Source of the DNA: a virus
Lineage: Duplodnaviria; Caudoviricetes
IMG/VR virus record: IMGVR_UViG_3300042891_000430
Location: 1 to 56,670 of that record
DNA: 56,670 bases
Strand: one strand, 5' to 3'
In this document: positions 8,549 through 18,500 of the stretch, in pieces
Layout: every line of letters starts with the position of its first letter
Numbering within the stretch: position 1 is the first letter of the stretch
Made by a program: the position numbers and the translations under genes
Notes under the pieces: generated by a model
Databases searched by the model: none
What the model saw: only the letters and a program-made list of their open reading frames with translations
Told to the model about the DNA's origin: nothing

Positions 8549-10086
8549 TCCATATCTCTTCCAAGCATCGCGTCGTCGGAGTGCCTTACCGCCCCGACGT
8601 CGCAAACCTCTTTCCCTCTGCGAAGAAGGTTACTCTGAATGGTAACCCGCACATTGTAATTCCTCACAACCTTGAGGAAACAAGAGTGCTTCGCAATCTC
8701 GGGTACGAAATCCCCGCGCCCGTGCTGTCTCACTACGATTGGGCTGATGGAAAGCCGTTCGAAGTGCAGAAGAAAACCGTGGCGATGCTCACCACAAACC
8801 CGCGCTCTTATGTGCTGAACGGCATGGGTACGGGTAAGACTAAGAGCGCGCTGTGGGCGTTTGATTACCTCCGCTCAGTAGGCATGGCTAACAAGATGCT
8901 GGTGGTAGCCCCGCTGTCGACGATGAACTTCACTTGGGCAAGAGAGATCTTTAACACACTGCCGCACCTGTCTAGCGTGACTTTACACGGCTCACGCACC
9001 AAGCGATTGGAGCGCCTCGCAGAAGATCACGATATCTATATCATTAACCACGATGGCCTGAAGGTTATCGCTGACGAAATAAAGAACCGCAAAGACATCG
9101 ACGTCCTATGCCTCGACGAGCTTGCTGTCTATCGCAATGGTGGTTCAGACCGCACGAAGAAAACGCGCGAGATCGCTAAGCATTTCCCATGGGTATGGGG
9201 GATGACAGGGTCGCCAACGCCTAACGAACCAACGGACGCTTGGGCTCAGGCAACCATCGTAACACCGAACACAGTACCGAAATACTTCTCGCGCTTTCGC
9301 GAAGACCTGATGCAGCGCGTCACACAATTTAAGTGGGTACCTAAGCCAGACGCTATCGAGAAAGCTTTCTCTGCTCTGCAACCTGCCGTGCGTTACACAC
9401 TCGACGATATCCTCGAACTCCCCGAAGTGGTGGAGAGGACGCAGGATATCGAGATGGGTCCGAAGCAGGAGAAGATCTACAAACAGATGAAGGACAACGC
9501 CTACGCAGCGATTGCAGCGAAAGAGATCACGGCTATGAACGCAGGTGCCGTCCTCAATAAGTTGTTACAAATCAGCGCGGGCTGGGTCTACGCCAAGGAG
9601 AAGGAGGTTGTTACACTAGATAACGACAATCGCCTGCAAGCCCTAGTCGATACTATTGATAGTACCGAACGTAAGGTCATCGTCTTCGTGCCGTTTGTCC
9701 ATGCCCTGCAAGGCATCAAGACGCGGCTCTTCAAGGAGGGCATCGAGTGCGAAGCTGTCTCTGGAGAGACGCCACGCGCACACCGAGATCAGATCTTCAA
9801 CATCTTCCAGAACACCGGCAAGCTCAGGGTTCTGGTCGCTCATCCGCAGTGTATGGCCCATGGTGTTACATTGACTGCGGCTGATACTATTATATGGTTT
9901 GCCCCTACAACCTCGCTCGAAATCTTTGAGCAAGCCAATGCCCGCATCCGCCGTGTGGGGCAGAAGCATAAGCAACTCGTTCTTATGTTTCAGTCGACGG
10001 ATGCAGAACGTCGAATGTACTCGCGACTAAGGTCTAAGCAGAAAGTCCAGAATACCCTTCTCGAAATGTTTGCCGAGAACTCGTAA
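8545..10086 (+). CDS. SNF2-family (SF2) helicase
   Basis: GMGTGKT, LDE, MTGSP, HGVTL and QANARIRRVGQ. Confidence 0.9.
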   Translation: MIHISSKHRVVGVPYRPDVANLFPSAKKVTLNGNPHIVIPHNLEETRVLRNLGYEIPAPVLSHYDWADGKPFEVQKKTVAMLTTNPRSYVLNGMGTGKTKSALWAFDYLRSVGMANKMLVVAPLSTMNFTWAREIFNTLPHLSSVTLHGSRTKRLERLAEDHDIYIINHDGLKVIADEIKNRKDIDVLCLDELAVYRNGGSDRTKKTREIAKHFPWVWGMTGSPTPNEPTDAWAQATIVTPNTVPKYFSRFREDLMQRVTQFKWVPKPDAIEKAFSALQPAVRYTLDDILELPEVVERTQDIEMGPKQEKIYKQMKDNAYAAIAAKEITAMNAGAVLNKLLQISAGWVYAKEKEVVTLDNDNRLQALVDTIDSTERKVIVFVPFVHALQGIKTRLFKEGIECEAVSGETPRAHRDQIFNIFQNTGKLRVLVAHPQCMAHGVTLTAADTIIWFAPTTSLEIFEQANARIRRVGQKHKQLVLMFQSTDAERRMYSRLRSKQKVQNTLLEMFAENS

Positions 10087-10102
10087 CCACCGGAGTAACC
10101 AC

Positions 10103-10498
10103 ATGACTGATAATAGGATCGACATCAGCGTACGTGTCGAGCAGTACGTCAAGTTGCGGGATAAGATCAAAGAGATCGAGACCCGCCACAAAGAGGAATT
10201 AAAACCGTACAAGGATACACTTGAGAAACTAAATTCAGTTATACTGCAGCATCTCACTCAAGTAGGTGGCGAAAGCATCCGCACCCAAGCTGGTACGGCT
10301 TACGTCACCGAGAAGAAAACGGCGTCACTTGCCGATCCGCAGGCTTTCATGGACTACGTTGTTACTAACAGCGCGTGGGACTTGTTGGACCGCAAGGCAA
10401 ACGTGAAGGCTGTCACTGACTATATCGATGAACACAAAGCACCCCCTCCGGGTGTCAACTATTCGACGACCAATATGGTCGGCGTCCGTCGCTCGTAA
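10103..10498 (+). CDS. Conserved phage replication-module protein
   Basis: RBS GGAGTAACC; coiled-coil N-terminus and C-terminal PPGV. Confidence 0.75.
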   Translation: MTDNRIDISVRVEQYVKLRDKIKEIETRHKEELKPYKDTLEKLNSVILQHLTQVGGESIRTQAGTAYVTEKKTASLADPQAFMDYVVTNSAWDLLDRKANVKAVTDYIDEHKAPPPGVNYSTTNMVGVRRS

Positions 10499-10513
10499 TC
10501 CCAAGGAGTATCT

Positions 10514-11473
10514 ATGAGCAATATCACTATCCCATCCAAGTTCGGTGCCGTCTCGACGGTATTCGCAAACGCAGCAATCAATAACGACCTGTCCGCTGGT
10601 GTCGTGTCGGGCTTCGGCATCATCAGCTACCGTGGCAAAGTCTGGCGTACTAAGTATCGCGGCGAAGAGCGCGATCTCATGCGCGAAGATGGTGACGGCC
10701 CGCGTGCATCCATCGAAGTCGTGATCGTAAAGGCAACTGGACACCTGTCCAAAATCTTTTACGAGAACGGGTATGTAGAAGGTTCGACAGCCGCACCGGA
10801 TTGCTGGTCATCAAACGGCGTTACCCCCGATAGTAACGCCCCGAAGAAGCAGCACTCAGCTTGTGCGACATGCAAGCAGAACGCCTTCGGCGCTCGCATC
10901 ACACCATCAGGCAAGGCTGGTAAGGCTTGTTCGGATAGCAAGCGTCTCGCCATCGTGCCGCTGGAAGACCTCGACAACGAAGTCTATGGTGGTCCTATGC
11001 TGCTTCGTGTCCCGGCTGCATCGCTCAGCGACCTCGCTACGTTCGGCACCAAGATGCAGGCTCTCGGCTATCCCTATCAGTCCATCGGTGTTCGCATCTC
11101 GTTCGACACCAAGGAAGCCTATCCGAAGTTCGTGTTCTCGGCGATCCGTCCGCTGACCGACGAGGAAGCTGCCAAGGTCGTCGCTTATCAAACAGACCCG
11201 CGTGTTGCGCGTGTCCTGTCTGAAGCATCTGACTATCAGGCTGGCACTGCTCCTGAAGCCGCTCCGGCTCTAGACGCCGTGTTTGAACAGCCACCGGCTG
11301 CGAAGGCTGCTCCGGCCCCCGTGCCGCACGACCCGGTTACTGGCGAAGTAACCGAAGCCCCCAAGGCTGCGGCTAAGAAGCCTGCGGTTAAGAAGCCTGA
11401 GCCTGTTAAGGAAGAGGCTGCACCGTCATCCTTTGAAGACGAGCTTGACGCTGCATTGGACGACCTGATCTGA
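10514..11473 (+). CDS. Putative single-stranded DNA-binding/annealing protein
   Basis: PDCWS, CATC and GKAC cysteines, a Pro/Ala linker and an acidic tail; lies between helicase and primase. Confidence 0.6.
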   Translation: MSNITIPSKFGAVSTVFANAAINNDLSAGVVSGFGIISYRGKVWRTKYRGEERDLMREDGDGPRASIEVVIVKATGHLSKIFYENGYVEGSTAAPDCWSSNGVTPDSNAPKKQHSACATCKQNAFGARITPSGKAGKACSDSKRLAIVPLEDLDNEVYGGPMLLRVPAASLSDLATFGTKMQALGYPYQSIGVRISFDTKEAYPKFVFSAIRPLTDEEAAKVVAYQTDPRVARVLSEASDYQAGTAPEAAPALDAVFEQPPAAKAAPAPVPHDPVTGEVTEAPKAAAKKPAVKKPEPVKEEAAPSSFEDELDAALDDLI

Positions 11474-11481
11474 CGCATCAC

Positions 11482-11505
11482 GGGCAGGGGCTACGGTCCC
11501 TGCCC
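11482..11505 (+). other. GC-rich intergenic hairpin
   Basis: GGGCAGGG/CCCTGCCC with no U-tract. Confidence 0.45.
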
Positions 11506-11535
11506 CCCAATAATCTCCCCACTCGGAGTACCGCC

Positions 11536-14481
11536 GTGTCTTTCAGTGACGCCCAAGAATTTTTAGCAAGAGCCCTGCCGTGGCCAGAGGATGGTCAGGG
11601 GTTCGTTAACATTCACTGGACCACAGTACGCCGCAAGCCGGATGGAGTTATCGACGAGACCGCTAAACCGCTATGGTCTGGTCGAGCTAGCTCATCCGTT
11701 GCGGAAGCCATTCGTACAATTCAATGGGCCAGCAAGCTCGAAGATACCCGTGACATCTACGTCTGCATGTCACGCCAATCTATGTGCGATGAGCGCACAT
11801 CAAAGAAGGGTCACAAGTACCGCAACGCTGTGCGGCATAGTGACAATGCCCTGTCTCTCAAGTCCTTCTTCATTGACGTCGATGTGAAGGAAGGTGCCTA
11901 TAGTACTACAAAGGAAGCGGTGACTGCGTTCGGGCAGTTCCGTCGGGCGGCAAATCTGCCGCCGCCTACATTTGTAGTAGCATCGGGGTCAGGCGGTTTT
12001 CATGCACATTGGGTACTCGCAGAACCAATCTCGCGCAATGAGTGGTTGGAATACTCACATAAGCTCGTGGCTGCGGTTAAACAGTTCGGCCTGCTATGCG
12101 ACACCCAGTGCAGTATCGACGCGGCCCGTGTGCTTCGCGTACCGGACACACGCAACTTCAAGTATGAGCCCCCGCGCGATGTTCGGTTCCTCCTTCCTCC
12201 CGGCGAAGAGTATTCATTCGAACGCATAAAGACAGCGCTTGAGCCATACCAGACGGGCTACAAGGCTGAGCCGACACTGCCAGCTCGCACCCCGATCACG
12301 GGCGACAATGACCTCGCTGCGGGCATTGAGGTGGTCAAGGCAAACCCTGTTGTCCTAGCTGACACGGCACGGGAGTGTGCCTTCATCCGCGAAGCTATCG
12401 ATACTGGCGGCGCTGCCTACGACAACCCGCTCTGGAACCTGACAACCCTGATCTCAACCTTCACAGAAGGCGGGCGACAGGACGCGCACATCATGGCGTG
12501 CGGGCATCCTGAGTACAGCGCTGAAAGCACGGACGAGCTCTATGACCGCAAGGTTGTGGAGCGTGAGAAGAAGAACCTCGGCTGGCCCAAGTGTACGTCT
12601 ATTGCCGCTGGTTACTCTGGTTGTAACGTCTGCCCGCACCGCATGGATGGGAAGTCCCCCTTAAATTTTTCCCAAGCGAACAAGCCAGCAGTCTCTAACA
12701 CCATCAAACCATCTAACGACCTCCCTGAGGGGTACGTTAGAGACGCGGATAAAGTGGTCTATCAACTGGTCCAAGATGCCAAAGGTCAGACGATCAACGT
12801 GGCTGTTGCCCCCTATCCTGTTACGGATGGATGGCTTCAGCGTAATCCTTGGATGCTCAACTTCACGGTTGAGATCAATGAGGACATCACCACGCAGATC
12901 AGTATCCCGTTCGAACTGCTCCCCACAAAGGAGCCATTCTTCAAGCACGTCAGCAATCAAGGAATGAACCTGCAAGAACACTTCATGCGTAGGTTCAAGG
13001 AGTTTATCATGGCTTGGGTAGACAAGCTCAGACAGGGACGTAACTCGGTAGTAACCTCATCGCCATTTGGCTGGGTCGTCAACAACGGTAAGGACGAGGG
13101 CTTCTCCTACGGTGGGTTAGTTTACACCCCCCATGGGGATCGCCCTGCAGCGAACACAGACCCCGTACTGCAGCGCCAGTACACACCTAGCGGTGACCGT
13201 CAGCCGTGGATCGATGCGGCTCAGATGATTACCGATCAGAAGCGGCAAGACCTCAACATAATCCTTGTGTCTGCGTTCGCAGCCCCGCTCCTGAGGCCGC
13301 TCGGAGAGCAAGGTGTTTTGATCTCAGCGTTCTCGACAGAGACAGGCATCGGCAAGTCGACGGCTGTGAAGGTGGCGCAGTCGGTTTGGGGTGACCCCAT
13401 CCGTGGCGTCCAGTCACTCAGCGACACACCTAACTCAGTCATCAACAAACTGGGTGAGCTCAAGAACCTTCCGCTGTACTGGGACGAGCTCAAGAGCGTT
13501 GAGGACACAGACCGCTTCGTCAACAAAGTCCTTTTCCAACTGACAGGCGGCAAGGAGAAGTCGCGCCTCAACACCCGTGCTGAACAGCGCCACTCCGGTG
13601 TGTGGGAGACGCTGATGTTAGTGGCTTCTAACGAGCCGCTCATCGACCACGTCGCTAGAGCCAATCGTACCTCCTCTGCCGGTACTGTCCGCATGATGGA
13701 GTACACGGTTACTCCGGGAGTAATCGGTCAGATCGACCCGACAGAAGCATCGCTCAAGATCTCTCGTCTCAAGGACAACCACGGCATCATCGGGCGGGAC
13801 TACGCTGAGTTCCTTGGCCACAATCATGACCAAGTTCTTGCAGACGTAACCGATACTTCAAAGCGCCTGACCGAGAAGCTCAAGCTCAATCCCGATGAAC
13901 GCTTCTGGCGCGTGTGTGCTTCGTCTCTCATTCAGGGGGCGACGTACGCCAACCAGTTAGGTTTCACGGCAATCGATCTCGATGTGTTCGAAGAGTATGT
14001 CTGCAAGCTGATCGGTGAGATGCGTCACGAGCGTAAGTCTCAGACGGTCAACATGAAGGACAAGCTCAACGTGTCGGACGTCATGTCTCGGTACCTAGAC
14101 ACCATGAGAGCACGCAACACCCTCTTTACGAACCGCATCCACGTATCGAAGGGTAAGCCCCCAGCCAACTCCATCAGCGTGCAGCGTGACGCTTCTAGGC
14201 TTGACGCAGTACGTGTACAGGTCGGCCTTGAAGACGGGCTGCTACGCATGACTGAGTACGATTTCAGAGACTGGCTTGGCGAGAACAACTACTCTCCTAC
14301 TATCTTCATGAAGGCCATGGAGCAGGAGTTCGGGCAGCAGCAAGTCACTGGTCGCATGGGCTCCGGCACGCAGTACGCCTCGGGTACCCAGCGACTTCTG
14401 CAGATCCAGCTAGCTGGCACACCACTCGCCGAGATCGCAGCAAAAGACATCGAGCCGGAGGTAAATGCAAATGAAGGTTGA
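11536..14481 (+). CDS. Primase-helicase (AEP/RepB-like N-terminus plus DUF927-type helicase)
   Basis: DVD, SGSGGFHAHW and RVLRVP primase motifs, a Cys cluster, Walker A TGIGKST and Walker B YWDE. Confidence 0.88.
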   Translation: MSFSDAQEFLARALPWPEDGQGFVNIHWTTVRRKPDGVIDETAKPLWSGRASSSVAEAIRTIQWASKLEDTRDIYVCMSRQSMCDERTSKKGHKYRNAVRHSDNALSLKSFFIDVDVKEGAYSTTKEAVTAFGQFRRAANLPPPTFVVASGSGGFHAHWVLAEPISRNEWLEYSHKLVAAVKQFGLLCDTQCSIDAARVLRVPDTRNFKYEPPRDVRFLLPPGEEYSFERIKTALEPYQTGYKAEPTLPARTPITGDNDLAAGIEVVKANPVVLADTARECAFIREAIDTGGAAYDNPLWNLTTLISTFTEGGRQDAHIMACGHPEYSAESTDELYDRKVVEREKKNLGWPKCTSIAAGYSGCNVCPHRMDGKSPLNFSQANKPAVSNTIKPSNDLPEGYVRDADKVVYQLVQDAKGQTINVAVAPYPVTDGWLQRNPWMLNFTVEINEDITTQISIPFELLPTKEPFFKHVSNQGMNLQEHFMRRFKEFIMAWVDKLRQGRNSVVTSSPFGWVVNNGKDEGFSYGGLVYTPHGDRPAANTDPVLQRQYTPSGDRQPWIDAAQMITDQKRQDLNIILVSAFAAPLLRPLGEQGVLISAFSTETGIGKSTAVKVAQSVWGDPIRGVQSLSDTPNSVINKLGELKNLPLYWDELKSVEDTDRFVNKVLFQLTGGKEKSRLNTRAEQRHSGVWETLMLVASNEPLIDHVARANRTSSAGTVRMMEYTVTPGVIGQIDPTEASLKISRLKDNHGIIGRDYAEFLGHNHDQVLADVTDTSKRLTEKLKLNPDERFWRVCASSLIQGATYANQLGFTAIDLDVFEEYVCKLIGEMRHERKSQTVNMKDKLNVSDVMSRYLDTMRARNTLFTNRIHVSKGKPPANSISVQRDASRLDAVRVQVGLEDGLLRMTEYDFRDWLGENNYSPTIFMKAMEQEFGQQQVTGRMGSGTQYASGTQRLLQIQLAGTPLAEIAAKDIEPEVNANEG

Positions 14482-14671
14482 TTTGTTCGATTGGGTCGAT
14501 GAGCTCGACCCAGACACACGCAAACTCCAAGACCGCATCAAGTGGTTAGAGATGACCAAGAAGCGGTATGAAGATGCTCTCAACGAGATCATCTACGACA
14601 AGAAAGTTAACACCCTCGTGCAGGCTGTTATCCGTGCAAAGCAGGCACTTGGGGTGGCGAACGATGACTAA
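14471..14671 (+). CDS. Hypothetical protein
   Basis: RBS GGAGG; overlaps the primase stop. Confidence 0.6.
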   Translation: MKVDLFDWVDELDPDTRKLQDRIKWLEMTKKRYEDALNEIIYDKKVNTLVQAVIRAKQALGVANDD

Positions 14672-14858
14672 CTGGAGACTTAGAAAACAACTGCGAGAAG
14701 AACGTCTAAGCCGCCCCCTTGGGAAGCTGGATTTCGAGGTTGTTACAAAGTTAGAGACAGCTCATAACGGGCGCGTCATTCCAATGACTTTACCCTTGGT
14801 AAAGTGGCTGGATAGGGCTGACAAACGTATTAAGGCATTGGATAGTCTAAGGAAATGA
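14664..14858 (+). CDS. Hypothetical protein
   Basis: Coupled start MTNWRL. Confidence 0.55.
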   Translation: MTNWRLRKQLREERLSRPLGKLDFEVVTKLETAHNGRVIPMTLPLVKWLDRADKRIKALDSLRK

Positions 14859-14867
14859 CGGTTACAC

Positions 14868-14905
14868 CCTTGTAACAGGTAGTGGCTATACTCCCTGTTA
14901 CAAGG
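14868..14905. promoter_or_regulatory. Perfect 12-bp inverted repeat overlapping the RBS of the 14914 gene
   Basis: CCTTGTAACAGG-N14-CCTGTTACAAGG. Confidence 0.6.
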
Positions 14906-14913
14906 AGGCCACC

Positions 14914-15141
14914 ATGTCCAATGTTATCAAGTTCACTGGCGAGACGCTCTTAGACCTTAACCCAGACGATATCCTTGAAGAAGCCAAGGGTAAGCTGGAG
15001 AAGGTCATGATTATTGGCTACACCGAGGAAGGTGACGAATACTTCAGCTCCTCGTTTGCCGACGGCATGACCGCTGTATGGTTGCTTGAGCGCTTCAAAA
15101 ATTTTCTCGTCAATATAGTAGACGATGAGGATGACGACTGA
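14914..15141 (+). CDS. Small acidic hypothetical protein
   Basis: RBS AAGGAGG. Confidence 0.75.
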   Translation: MSNVIKFTGETLLDLNPDDILEEAKGKLEKVMIIGYTEEGDEYFSSSFADGMTAVWLLERFKNFLVNIVDDEDDD

Positions 15142-15371
15142 TGGGGCGACCCAGAAATCCATTCACCAATAAAACGTACAACATCATCCTGTCGGAAGAG
15201 CTGTACGATTGGGTACAAAAAATAGCGCGCCAGAAAGGTAAGTCTGGCGCGTCTTATATCCGTGAGATATTAGCTAAAGAGAAGCGGATCGAGGACAGGT
15301 TAAAGGATGTGATGGATGCCTTAGACACCATCGCGCCACCCACGATTACGGTTCTTGGAGACGACACGTAG
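15141..15371 (+). CDS. Ribbon-helix-helix (CopG-like) DNA-binding protein
   Basis: MGRP...YNIILSEELYDWVQKIA...SGASYIREIL beta-alpha-alpha pattern. Confidence 0.6.
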   Translation: MGRPRNPFTNKTYNIILSEELYDWVQKIARQKGKSGASYIREILAKEKRIEDRLKDVMDALDTIAPPTITVLGDDT

Positions 15372-15587
15372 GTTACTCTTAGAGTTACCACCGCCGTGAC
15401 GTAGCGGCTTCTTATGATCTACGTCTTTCCCATCACCCTTCTGCACACGGCCTTCCTTCATGAGCATGTCGCGCGCTTTGTTGCGCTCGACACGGTTCTT
15501 CACCTGCTCAGGCTTGGCGTTGTAGCCACGAGACAGCTTCTTCATTTGCTCAGGCGTGCGGTGAGTGACGGGATCGCGCTTGCTCAT
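15321..15587 (-). CDS. HNH endonuclease
   Basis: GDGKDVDHKKPL..GG.N...NL.V....NR. Confidence 0.85.
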   Translation of the reverse strand: MSKRDPVTHRTPEQMKKLSRGYNAKPEQVKNRVERNKARDMLMKEGRVQKGDGKDVDHKKPLRHGGGNSKSNLRVVSKNRNRGWRDGV

Positions 15588-15589
15588 TC

Positions 15590-18500
15590 TTACTTCCCGG
15601 TGTTGTAGTAGTCGATGTCTTCGAGGATATACTGGTTCCGCTTGTTCGTGCGGATACCCTGCACGACAGTACCCTTCTTCTCTTCCGTTTGTCGACGCTT
15701 CTCAGAGGCACGAAGATCTTTCATGTCGATCTGTGCGTCCTTCGGTTTGCCACGATTGAACTTCTCAATCGCGATCATCGCCTTCGCACGGTTGTTAGGG
15801 TTAGACACCCAGTCATTCATGAGCTTCTGACGCTCTTTATTGTAGCGTGCAAGATCACCCTGAATGGCGCTGCGCTCTTCAAAGCGCTCTGCCTCGCGTG
15901 CAGGCGTGAAGCCGATAGCCCGCGTGACTTTCTCTTGCGTCGTGTAAGGAGTGAACGTCTGGCGACCAGCTTCGTTCTTGAGACCTTCCTTACTAACGCG
16001 ATCAGCTTTGAGATAATCAGAGAGCGCTTTGATCGGGATGGTAAGCTCAGCGGCTTTCTGCCAGTCACCGCTCATCGCTGCACGGAAGCCCTTAACAGCA
16101 TCGACAACGTATGCCGTAGGAGCACCGCCAACGAGCTTGGCGACGTACGCCCATGCCGCGTCTTCAGTATCGCCGCGCGGTTCGCCGAACAAGATTGTCG
16201 GGAAGCCGAGACGGTTAGATGTATCGACGCCAATCATGCGCGTGAGACCACGACTTGCGATCTCGCCACCTTCGTTGCCAAGCATACCAGCCATGTAGCG
16301 ACGGACCATGCGTTCGAAGTCGCTTGGCTTGAAGTCAGAGATGTTAAGTGCGTTCGCAAGCAACAGTGCGATCTTCGCCAACTCCATGCCGGGAAGCCCA
16401 AGCACGCCAGCCATAGCCGCGTAGCTTGCCGTATAGATAGCGAGAGCGCGAACAGCCTTAACGCGATCTCCGGGGCTTTCGTTGCGGATGGCGCGACCAA
16501 CTTGGCGTCCAACTGCGTGGATCGAACCCTGCAAGAACAGTTTGAACTGCAGAGGGAGGCGCAAGTACTTGTTGCGGAATGTTGGCGGTACGTTCGTCGG
16601 AGACGAATTGAACTGCGAGTTACTGACCACGTCCTGCGCGTAACGCATGGCCTTCTCGTGGTCACCGCCATTACGCTTCATCTCAAGACGATAAGCAGCA
16701 AGTGCGGTAACGGTACGGTTAACTGCTTCCACTGCACGGGGCAGAGCGCGTGCAACATTCGACAGGTAGTCGATACCCTTATCCGCACCAGCAACAACTT
16801 TGTCGCCGATTGTTTTACCACCGCGCTGGCGCTTGATAGCCGTCATGTCAAACCCGGCGTCAGGGTCGACGACACCACGATCAACGAGGAAGTCTAGAAG
16901 CTCCTGCTCCTTAGGAGACAGACGGGCCTTAACCTGCTCGATGTAAGGCGCGTTACCATCTTTGCCTATAACAGCTTTAACCGTTTCAGCAGCGCCGCGA
17001 CCGAGCAACCGTCCAGCCGAGACATCATTGTACGCTTTTACGATGTGGTAGGCAGAGCGTGCTGCACCGTGATCGCCACCAAGCTCAGCAAACGTGTACG
17101 TAATCTGCGTGAGGTTGGTCATGCTGTAGCCAAGCGACAGCAGTTTGTCCGCGTAGGACAAAGCGTTCACGCGGTCTACACCACGGCCAAACGAAGATGC
17201 TTCTTCGATAGCGTTAGAGCCGATGACACGGTTCTCAACTTCGTTAGCAAGACGGCGAGCCATCGTGCCGTTGCCGGTACCCAGTGCAGAGAGCTTTTCG
17301 GTACGGTCGTTAAGATCCTTCAGCGCCTTAGTCATCGCCTCTTGGAACTTCGTGCGGGCCATATAGCCTGCAGAGCGCTCCATATATTCGATGGTGTTAC
17401 GCACGAAGTCAGTCGACATACCCGCCACGTTACGGCGAGGCATCTGTGTGCTCTGAATACGGTTCGGACCCATCATAGTGATGGAAAACTCGTTCAGAAT
17501 ACCAGTGATCTCGTTGCGCTGAGTAGGTGTCAGCTTAGACGTACCGAGCCGCTGCTCAGCCGTCTCCATCAGGGAACGGATCTGGTTAGGCAGCAGGTCG
17601 CGCCACTGACCAGTCGTGAGGTTCTTACGATCCTCTGGGTCAGACATTGCCAGACCTTCATCACGCAACTCCTTGGTGCGGGACTTGGCTTCCGACAGGC
17701 TCTCGACAAACTCGGTATAGCGATCCTGCACGGTGACACGGAAGCGCTGCTCGCCATCAACGTCCTGCTTAGTGACCTTGATCTGCTCGCCCTTGTCGTC
17801 CGTGAAGAAGTCTTTACCCGTCTTAGGATCGATATAGACGCTCTCAAAGCTAGTGGGGAGAGACTGCTTACGCACCCACTCCTCAGCATCTTTGCGGTCC
17901 TTAAAGTCGAATGTGTTGTCGCGCACCTTAGTGGCGTTGGCCGGAGCTTCGATCTTGTATCGGCCATGGACAACGAAGTCGCCACGACGAGCGAAGTTAA
18001 AGTACGGGCCATCAAGACGGGCAGCGTCAACTACGTTCGCAATATGCTTGGCTAGGATCGGACCAACCGCATCGACATCTGCAGCCGTAGTTTTGCCATC
18101 CATGAAGCGCTGTGCCACTGCGGGATCATCGATATCCGCACCGCGAAGAACGGCATCGACGACTGTACGCAAACGCGCATCAAGCATCTTAGGCAGCATG
18201 TCACGGATCTTTGTATAGATCTGTGCCAGCTCTGGCGTCTTATCTGCAAGTGCCTTGAAGCGTTCGGCTAGCTGCGGATGCTGAGACTTGCCCCAGACAC
18301 CGGACATTTTGTCCTTACCAAGATGCTTGTTCTTGGGGTCTGCAAGGGGAACATCGGGATGCACTTGGGCGCGGGAAGCGTCGAGTGCAATCGCAACCAT
18401 TTCCTCAAAGCCGTTACCCTTGAACTTGTTGCTAGCTGCAGCGAGCTCAATGAGGTCAGCTTCGAAGTCAGTAAGGATTTTAGCCTTCTCTCTACCCTGC

